64,000 nt of DNA, taken from Chrysomallon squamiferum (Eukaryota > Animalia > Mollusca). The notes under the pieces are model-generated. The model was not told the DNA's origin. It did no database searches and was given only the letters and a program-made list of their open reading frames with translations. This document shows, in pieces, positions 55,542 to 64,000 of the stretch (position 1 is its first letter; every line of letters begins with the position of its first letter). Position numbers and translations under genes: made by a program. The stretch spans positions 8,866,001 through 8,930,000 of the forward strand of contig CM022674.1 of the NCBI GenBank assembly GCA_012295275.1. Direction: 5' to 3'.

Positions 55542-55804
55542 GTTTAAACAATGTTCTCTTCATTTAATCTCCCAAGAAAAAAAAAAACATTACTGGCAAC
55601 AAATTGAAAAGTTACAATGTCCTCAAGGAAATTGGAAAAACATGACTTATGTAAATTCATTATTCAGCATGATTCTAAAAACAGCAAAACACTCAGCTAT
55701 GTTTATAACAAATCAATATTTCTTATTTGGCAGGAAAAAACATTTAGAGAGAAAATACCAAGCAAATAATATATATTAAAAATAATAATAAAAAAGAATA
55801 TACA

Positions 55805-55836
<32 letters not shown>

Positions 55837-56529
55837 GTACTACTACTAATATATTATTTATTAAAATTTATTATTATTATTATTGTGCAGCTAGACAGAA
55901 TATAAATAAACTGATCTAACAGATGTTTGGAATAAAATGAAAACATACATTTTTTTTTTAAAAACATATGACCTGGATTTTAATTTTTGCAGTCCAAAAC
56001 AATATATGAATAAATTTAGTTGTTTAGTAATTAATATGTGAAAATAGCAGAACTTTAGTTCTTTTAAAAGTTTACAAATTATAACTAGAGCATGTTAACA
56101 TTTTACAAGAAAAAAAATCCCTTACAAATAGTATATTACATGTTCAGGTATGACAGAACGAAATATTGATTAAAAGCCATATTTATAAAATACTGTTTTC
56201 ATAATCTTATTCTGTTAATTAATTTCTATCTTTGTACAGGCACTTTTCATGAGAAACTCACTGTTCAGTTAATAACAAGTAAACTAAGCTTGTGTTACAT
56301 AAAACCTGTTAACAACTGATTTTAATTTACTTTTACATGTCTCTAGAATTCATTGTCATTTACTAAATCACAAACTAATCTAAAGTTAGAAACAGTATTC
56401 AGTAAGGTGAAACCCTAAGAGAGCTAGATAATGAATGCCATTTTGTTTTGGGAGGGGGTTGTTAGTGGGGGGGGGTTGTTGTTTTTTTTAAATCCTAGAA
56501 CTCTGTATGGATTTGTGTTTTAATTTCAG

Positions 56530-56583
56530 TGTCTGTGTGAGGAGCTGACAGTTGACAGATTCCATCCTGTGTTGTCACTGAAG
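56530..56583 (+). CDS. RAP1GAP: Rap1GAP exon (CLCEELTVDRFHPVLSLK)
   Basis: Resembles vertebrate LVCEDVNVDRFYPVLYPK; tttcag| acceptor and aag|gttttg donor; 54 nt. Confidence 0.92.
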
Positions 56584-57340
56584 GTTTTGTTACACTTTAT
56601 CATTCTGTAAAATATATGTTTTTAAATTATTATCTTTTTAATATAGTTTAATTATTTCCATAAAAGTTTATATTTTTAAATATTCTTTCAAAAGATATAA
56701 TATTTATAAGATAAATAAATAAATAAATAAAATAATAATAATAATAATAATAGTACTGAGATATAAAAAAGTTATGTTTTTGCTTTTAAATAAATGTTTC
56801 TGTAAAATATATATTTTTAATACAATTTAATCATTTCTGTAAAATATATATTTTTGATACAATTTAATTATTTCTGTAAAATATTATGCATTATAATTTT
56901 ATTTCAGTTTCATTATATCTTTTAAAAACAATCAAATTAATTTAGTAAAATATTATCTTTTTAATACAGTTTAATCATTTCTGTAGAATACTGTAGAAAC
57001 TATGGACAATGTTGTCAAAATAATGAACAAAAGAGCAATAATCATGTACACATCTTTTGCTGTTGCTTGGTAATAACCTTAATGATGTATATAAAGCTTG
57101 CAAAATTTTAATCATATGAGGGGTAGTTTTATTATCAATAATCATTTGCATTTTTTTGTCCATACTTGAAAATCATGAAGCTGACAATCTACTTCACAAT
57201 GAGGCACGATGTTGTACAAGTTCAGTGCAGACACAATTTTTAAAAATAATAATAATGGAAAAAATAAAACAAAAACAAAATAATTTTTGTGTGTTCTCAG
57301 TGAGACAGTAGATAACATTTCTGTGTATGTTCTCTTTCAG

Positions 57341-57424
57341 GGATCAGAGTTAATAGTGTGCTATGATGAACATGTTCTTACCAACACATTCAAATTTGGA
57401 ATTATTTACCAAACATTTGGACAG
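57341..57424 (+). CDS. RAP1GAP: RapGAP domain exon (GSELIVCYDEHVLTNTFKFGIIYQTFGQ)
   Basis: DEH...FKFGxIYQ..GQ motif; canonical splice sites; 84 nt. Confidence 0.96.
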
Positions 57425-57566
57425 GTAATGTAACATAATTTCTTTAATAATATTTTTATTTTGCTCTTTAAGTGAAAGCTTTATTCATTTCTAATCATGT
57501 GATATATACATTCATTTATACACTGAAAGTTATTAGTAAAATTAATAACTGAAAATATACTGATAA

Positions 57567-57617
<51 letters not shown>

Positions 57618-57816
57618 GTTATTTTAAAGAAATGGTGTGTATTTTAACTATGTTTGTGATTTTGTCCTTATTTTAGAAACAAAATCATTCGTTGGTTTAC
57701 AAAAATTCTAATAAATTTGTCATGTATTTATTAGTGTTTTCATGTGTAGTTATGTGTGAGTAGCTGGTATTGGTGTGTATGTGTGTATGTGTGTTTATTA
57801 ATTTTACACAACGCAG

Positions 57817-57917
57817 ACACGAGAAGAGGATCTGTTCGGGAATGTGGGACACAGTCCTGCCATGGAGGAATTTCTTGATCTCATTGGAGACCGGGTGCAA
57901 CTCCGAGAATTCACTGG
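57817..57917 (+). CDS. RAP1GAP: RapGAP domain exon ([34 protein letters not shown])
   Basis: EExLFxN...SPA..EFL motif; cgcag| acceptor and gg|gtaaat donor; phase 0-2. Confidence 0.95.
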
Positions 57918-58201
57918 GTAAATTTCTGTTTTAACTAATTTAATAAAACAAATGTTGATACAAATAATTCACAAAGTATTATATTACTAGCTCATTAATG
58001 ATCTTAACAGATAACATAACATAAACAGAATAATAAAAATTAAATTAATTTAATACAAAATCATTCTGTATTTGAATATTCATTTGGTTATGTGTTTGAA
58101 TTATGTTACTATTTATCAATGGATATTTTTTCAAAATATTAATAGAGTTACTTATTTAAACAGTTTAATGTTAGTTAAAATGAAAAAAAACTGTGTTTCA
58201 G

Positions 58202-58331
58202 GTTCCGTGGAGGTTTGGACACTCTACATGGTCAGACTGGTGCTGAGTCGGTGTTTACCCAGTTCAGAAACAGTGAAATCATGTTTCATGTCTCCACCCT
58301 ACTTCCCCACACAGAGGCTGACCCACAGCAA
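58202..58331 (+). CDS. RAP1GAP: RapGAP domain exon ([43 protein letters not shown])
   Basis: FRGGLD..HGQTG and [11 protein letters not shown] signature motifs; phase 2-0. Confidence 0.97.
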
Positions 58332-58721
58332 GTGAGAGTTAAACCTCATGTATACAGCCATATGTACATAGAGAACAAATATTTTAAATTAAAAAATATA
58401 TACATATATTTGTTATAACAATCAATGACAATAAATATATAAAAGAAAAGGAAATGAAAGAAATATCCAGAATAAAGTTATTTTAAGTTTTAAATGTAGC
58501 CTGTGCAAGTAAGAGTGTGTGTTACAATAAATTAGCTTTTAATAAAGAAAAGAATATTTCTCAGTTTGTAGAATTTGAAACTTGATATTAAACTGGTCAG
58601 CAGCTGTTTTTAGACATTTAAAAATGAGAAATACATTTTGTTTTGATAGTCATGAATTTATTGTTATAATAATTAAAATAAACATGAGACTATTTTTGCT
58701 TAAATAATTTAAATGTTGCAG

Positions 58722-58877
58722 TTACAAAGGAAGAGACACATAGGAAACGACATTGTTGCCATCGTGTTTCAAGAAGAAAACACACCATTTGTTCCTAACA
58801 TGATTGCCTCACATTTCCTTCATGCTTACATCGTCGTCCAGCCAGTTGACCCAAACACTGACCACACCAGGTACAAG
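58722..58877 (+). CDS. RAP1GAP: RapGAP catalytic exon ([40 protein letters not shown]...RYK)
   Basis: Intact KRHIGND catalytic asparagine motif; ttgcag| acceptor and aag|gtatga donor; 156 nt. Confidence 0.98.
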
Positions 58878-59213
58878 GTATGAAAATATTTATTAATTTA
58901 ATTTAATACAATGTACAGTTTCTTATTATTAAAATTACTTATATCTTTATATCTTGACATTATTTTCCCATTGTTTCTATTTCTGTTGTGTGTGTGTGTC
59001 AGGGTCTTCCAAAATGGGTAGAAGTTTTTGTTTATTTATGATTACTTGCATCCTATTTATAATAAATATTTTTTCAACACAGATTTTGAATTCATTTAAA
59101 TCAAATTCTTACATAGAATTAATTATCTGTGGTGAATTGAACAGTAGAAGAATTACATAATTAAAAAATTTATTATGGGAGTATTTTCAGTTTGTTTGTT
59201 AACTTATTTTCAG

Positions 59214-59285
59214 GTTTGTGTGGCAGCCAGAAAGGATGTACCTAAATTTAGTCCTTCACTTCCTTCACCTGCAGTTTTCAAAAAG
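59214..59285 (+). CDS. RAP1GAP: RapGAP domain exon (VCVAARKDVPKFSPSLPSPAVFKK)
   Basis: Resembles vertebrate [24 protein letters not shown]; canonical splice sites; 72 nt. Confidence 0.96.
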
Positions 59286-59418
59286 GTGAGATTTGACTTC
59301 ACTAGCCATTCACAGACAGCTCCTGCTACTTCCAGCAGTGCTGAGTTTCAGCTTATGAAAATTGCCATATTACTTACAAATCCCATTTACAAAACAAAAA
59401 TTATGTTTCATTCCACAT

Positions 59419-59458
<40 letters not shown>

Positions 59459-59642
59459 CATTTCTACATATTAGTTAGTTCAGTATTTACCACATATACA
59501 TGCTAATTTTACTGCAGAACAAAAATCTAAAAATATTAAAATATTCTTGCAGCTATATGTCATTATCAGTTTATCAAGTATGACAGTTTTCTGAACTAGT
59601 TTTGTGTCATACATTTTTCACATTATATGTGTTTATTTGCAG

Positions 59643-59729
59643 GGACCAGGTTTCAGGGATTTTCTACTCACAAAACTGATCAATGCAGAACTGGCTTGTT
59701 ACAAATCTCAGCAGTTTGCTAAATTACGG
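59643..59729 (+). CDS. RAP1GAP: RapGAP domain exon ([29 protein letters not shown])
   Basis: [15 protein letters not shown] motif; 87 nt, phase 0-0. Confidence 0.96.
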
Positions 59730-60015
59730 GTATTCACCTTTATTAGTAGATTTTCTTAAATCACTATCTGTAATAATTAAACATCAAAGTGACTTCTGTG
59801 ACTGCTTGTAAATAAATAGGAAACTATCAAGAAACATTAATTCATTCATATATTATAACTGTCTATTCAAAAGAAAAATGAAATTACAAATATTACAAAT
59901 TGTAATTAACAGAGAGGCATAATTATACATGCATACATACATACATACATACATACATAATGTATTCCTAATATCCTATATATGTGTTAAAATAGTTTTA
60001 TCTTTATTATTTCAG

Positions 60016-60264
60016 GAGAGGACAAGAACATCATTACTTCAGTCACTTCATCATGACCTGTATAAGAGAAATGTTGAGCTGTTTGGTGTGACAAGTCTGA
60101 CGTGCAGCAAACAGGAGGGAAGTCGACTCTTTGATTCTGTCAAACGAGCGTTCAGCGGCAAAGTCCGCAGTCAGTCATTTGAGTCCAGCCTTCCCAGCAG
60201 CACCAAGAAAGCTAATGGCTCCTTACCCACAGTGGGAGAGGATGACAAAAACCCACCATCACCA
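60016..60264 (+). CDS. RAP1GAP: Rap1GAP exon at the end of the GAP domain and start of the tail (ERTRTSLLQSLHHDL...DDKNPPSP)
   Basis: ERTRxxLL motif and LFDSVKRAF (compare vertebrate FFESFKRVI); ttcag| acceptor and |gtaaat donor; 249 nt. Confidence 0.93.
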
Positions 60265-60660
60265 GTAAATATTTCAGAGAAAATTTTATAGTTTTTACAT
60301 ATCTGTTATCAGAACAAGTAACAAAGATAATTCTCTTTAAAAAAAATAAAAATAAAAAATAAAATAAAATGAAATATATATTATATTCTGTTATTATTAT
60401 TTTTTTTTTTTTAAATTATCTTTGTTAAGAATTATAATTACAGTCTTTTAACTATATATTAGTAATGTATAATTTATATTTCTTTCAAAAGTGTGTTTTT
60501 TACATCGAAGATTTATCATTTATAACAATGTGTTGGATTATATAGGGTGTAATCAAAGGAATTAACCTTGTAGTTTTAGTTAAATTATATTTACTTGCTA
60601 TTCATATTAACTCTTCATCAGTTATTAAATAAACTGGTTTAAATTTATTTTAATTTTTAG

Positions 60661-60734
60661 GTTAAAAAATCTCCTTCCACTCCTAGAAGTCTTGTAAAGC
60701 AGTTTGCAGGAGACAGAAAATCCAAAGACAAATC
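60661..60734 (+). CDS. RAP1GAP: Rap1GAP C-terminal tail exon (VKKSPSTPRSLVKQFAGDRKSKDKS)
   Basis: ttttag| acceptor and open frame. The donor tc|gtagga is weak, but its phase 2 matches the next exon. Confidence 0.78.
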
Positions 60735-61345
60735 GTAGGAGACATTTTAAATATTCACTTTTACAGAGTATAGTTTACAGCTTCACAAATACTCATGTGT
60801 TAATAACATTAAACAACCAAGCTAAAATAACAATAACATAATAAGTGGGTCACAAAAGAAAGTGGGGTTACTAAAATCAAATTTAAAATCTACATTTGAA
60901 TATGTAATGAGCAGACTGAGTGCAGATTGCATACACTACACTGTGGAGTCTGCAAGTCTGTGACAGCCTGCTTGTAAAAGTGCCAATTTCAAAATGGTGC
61001 TAATAGTGTTAAGAACCTATTTTTGTTACTGAGGAGTTAAGGCCCTTGAGTGCTAAAAGTGATATTTTCATTTTGTGCTAACACTTGAAACCACTTGAAA
61101 AAGTCTTAAATTACTTTACTGTTAGTGTTTTTTTTAAACTCTTGTTGAAGTTTAGTGGATGTTTGTAGGCCATGGGTTCAAGTATTGCCTTCTGCATGAT
61201 TTTTTTATTTAATAATACACTTACAGTAATTAATAAGGAAGCAGTTGAAAAGTAATAGAAAGAAAACATGATAGAATCTATATCTAGATGTTTCTACTCT
61301 TGAATAGGGTAATTAAACATTAAATTATTTATTTTTATTTTTCAG

Positions 61346-61450
61346 CAGTAGACCAGAAAGTTTGGGCAATGTTAGTTTCTCCTCAAATACAACAAGCAGT
61401 CCTCCACCCAGTCCTCACTCTAGTCCAAGCAGTATTTCTTCCAATACCAG
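61346..61450 (+). CDS. RAP1GAP: Rap1GAP Ser/Pro-rich tail exon (SRPESLGNVSFSSNTTSSPPPSPHSSPSSISSNTR)
   Basis: Long pyrimidine tract with cag| acceptor, cag|gtaaat donor, 105 nt, phase 2-2. Confidence 0.85.
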
Positions 61451-62611
61451 GTAAATAAAAACAGTTATATCTCTAGTCCTCACTCAAGTCACAGCAGTAT
61501 TTCTTCCAATACCAGGTAAATAAAAATAGTTATATCTCTAGTCCTCACTCTAGTCACAGCAGTATTTCTTCCAGTACCAGGTAAATAAAACAATTATATC
61601 TCTAGTCCTCCCTCTAGTCACAGCAGTATTTCTTCCAATAGCAGGTAAATAAAAACAATTATATCTCTAGTCCTCACTCTAGTCACAGCAGTATTTCTTC
61701 CAATACCAGGTAAATAAAACAATTATATCTCTAGTCCTCCTAGTCACAGCAGTATTTCTTCCAATACCAGGTAAATAAAAACAGTTATATCTCTAGTCCT
61801 CACTAGTCTAGTCACAGCAATAAAACAATTATATTTATTTCTTCCAGTACCAGGTAAATAAAAACAATTATATCTCTAGTCCTCAAGTCACAGCAGTTTT
61901 CTTCCAATACCAGGTAAATAAAACAATTATATCTCTAGTCCCTCACAGCTATTTCTTCCAATACCAGGTCAATAAAAACAGTTATTTCTTCCAATATTTA
62001 TTTCTTCAGGTAAATAAAAACAGTTATATCTCTAGTCCTCACTCAAGTCACAGCAGTATTTCTTCCAATACCAGGTAAATAAAAACAATTATATCTCTAG
62101 TCCTCACTCTGGTCACAGAAGTATTTCTTCCAATATAGGTAAATAAAAACAATTATATCTCTAGTCCTCACTCTGGTCACAGCAGTATTTCTTCCAATAT
62201 AGGTAAATAAAAACAATTATATCTCTAGTCCTCACTCTAGTCACAGCAGTATTTCTTCCAATATAGGTAAATAAAAAAGTTATATCTCTAGTCCTCCTAG
62301 TCACAGCAGTATTTCTTCCAATACCAGGTAAATAAAAAAATTATATCTCTAGTCCTCCTAGTCACAGCAGTATTTCTTCCAATACCAGGTAAATAAAAAC
62401 AATTATATCTCTAGTCCTCCCTCTAGTCACAGCAGTATTTCTTCCAATACAGGTAAATAAAAAAATTATATCTCTAGTCCTCACTCTAGTCACAGCAGTA
62501 TTTCTTCCAATATAGGTAAATAAAAAAATAATATCTCTAGTCCTCACTCTAATCAAAGCAGTATTTCTTCCAATACCAGATAAATAAAACAATTATATCT
62601 CTAGTCCTCAC
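61412..62611 (+). repeat. ~65-bp tandem array (about 19 copies) spanning an exon/intron junction
   Basis: Unit = last 39 nt of exon 61346-61450 plus the first 26 nt of the intron (gtaaataaaaacaattatatctctag). Confidence 0.96.
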
Positions 62612-62667
62612 CATAACAGTAATATCTCCTACCTCACTGACAAGATAAATAAAACTGTTTGTTACAG

Positions 62668-62782
62668 AATAAATCCTGGATGTGTTCAGTTGTCACCGTC
62701 CAACTCGGAGAGCAGTTTTAACAGTATGGAAGAATTTACTCCAACTCACAACCACGTCCACGACGATTCCGACACTGGCATG
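62668..62782 (+). CDS. RAP1GAP: Rap1GAP tail exon (INPGCVQLSPSNSESSFNSMEEFTPTHNHVHDDSDTGM)
   Basis: ttacag| acceptor and atg|gtaaga donor; phase 2-0. With the next exon it forms DSDTGMESMSS, like the vertebrate Rap1GAP tail motif DTGLESxSS. Confidence 0.9.
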
Positions 62783-63933
62783 GTAAGACTCTGTGTTCTA
62801 ATTACACAGAATTTATTTTTAATTTTATTTTTATGAAATAACACAAATATGAAATATGGTTTATCAAAGCAAGTGTCAGCTGATTTTGTTGTGTGCATAT
62901 CACAAAGAAATTACATTAAATAGAAAGATATTGTTCTTATGTATCTTACCATCTGTCTATGTCTTTGTCTCTCTTTTTGTCTCTATCTGTCTCATTCAAT
63001 AATACCTCATAAAGGGAGTAATTGGTTTATGCTCAACACTTGCTGGATAAATAAATATATAAAGTCAAGTAATACAGAAAATAAACAAGTAAATGATAAA
63101 GCATATGTAATGTTATCTTCAAAAATGCTGCTTTTCCTAAATGTAGTTATTTGTTTCAATTTATTTCAGTGACTATTTTAATAATAGTATTTATTAATAA
63201 TAATCTAATTATAAAAAAATTTTGATTTTTTAAAATAAATATATATTATCAAAGCTGAAATTTCATTTCATTTTGTTTGTAAATGGTTTGGGTTTTCTTT
63301 ATGTTGCACTGCTTTTTAGTTTTGCTTAAATGACACAATTATTTTCAAATAAATAAATAAATAAATAAGTAATTAAGGAGAAGTTAGTGTCTGGAAAAGC
63401 ATTTTTTTTTTTAAATTGTTAGTTCATAATTAGTTTCTGTAATTTGGTTTTATTGATGTTGCATTAGATATTTGTTTTTTTAAATGGAAATTAATTATTT
63501 TTCAACATTTTATTAAGTTACGCTTTTATTTTGTTTCTGAGTTTTGTTTCAATGACCATAGTTAATAAAAACAAAAGCTACAATCTTCAAAAATGTCTCG
63601 TTCCTAGAGTCTGTTATTTACTCAGATATGCTCCATAATTTCTCTTTGTTAAGTTATGTCATGATCCATTGAAATAAAAGTACTGTAAAAACATATATAT
63701 AACTGAGTAGAGTATGAAATAAAGTTGATTAATATGGTTAAATGTTTTGTCATTTTCATTCTCAAGATTTGTTTTACTTAATTAACCTGCATTTTTAAAC
63801 TTTTCAAAAATCGACCTCAACAACAGACACTGCTTTAGCTTTTCCTTTTTTCACAACATTTATTGTGGTCATAAGTTTGTGCCTCACCCCACCCACTGCC
63901 TTGCTTTGTAGTGCAATCTCTCCTCTTTTACAG

Positions 63934-64000
63934 GAGAGCATGTCCTCTGCTGGTACCCCTAGCAACCACATCCATGTTTCATTATCCAACAGTTTTAGTG
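63934..64000 (+). CDS. RAP1GAP: Rap1GAP tail exon, truncated by the window end (ESMSSAGTPSNHIHVSLSNSFS...)
   Basis: Strong acceptor (tctctcctcttttacag|); continues DSDTGM-ESMSS in frame. Confidence 0.88.

Noticed and set aside
62362-62592. Minus-strand repetitive ORF
   Set aside because: Antisense translation of the 65-bp junction array.

Overview
Very AT-rich, CpG-depleted, microsatellite-rich eukaryotic DNA, most likely an invertebrate animal; the species cannot be determined from this window. It holds most of one intron-rich + strand gene encoding a Rap1 GTPase-activating protein (RAP1GAP/RAP1GAP2 family). I traced 18 phase-compatible GT-AG exons by hand from 42277 to the window end, which cuts off the last one. 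They include two separate GoLoco-motif exons and the complete RapGAP domain with its catalytic KRHIGND 'Asn thumb'. Candidate upstream exons lie at 16916-16948 and 23348-23472. The introns carry a deleted Mutator-like transposon, a ~220-bp long inverted repeat, a possible L2/CR1 LINE relic and several minisatellites. Two features stand out. First, a ~19-copy tandem array (61412-62611) made by amplifying a real exon/intron junction, so most units contain an AG, a 36-39 nt exon copy and a copy of the splice donor. Second, twin phase-0 GoLoco exons that could be spliced in tandem or alternatively. Nearly all ORFs in the supplied track are spurious or only partly overlap real exons.
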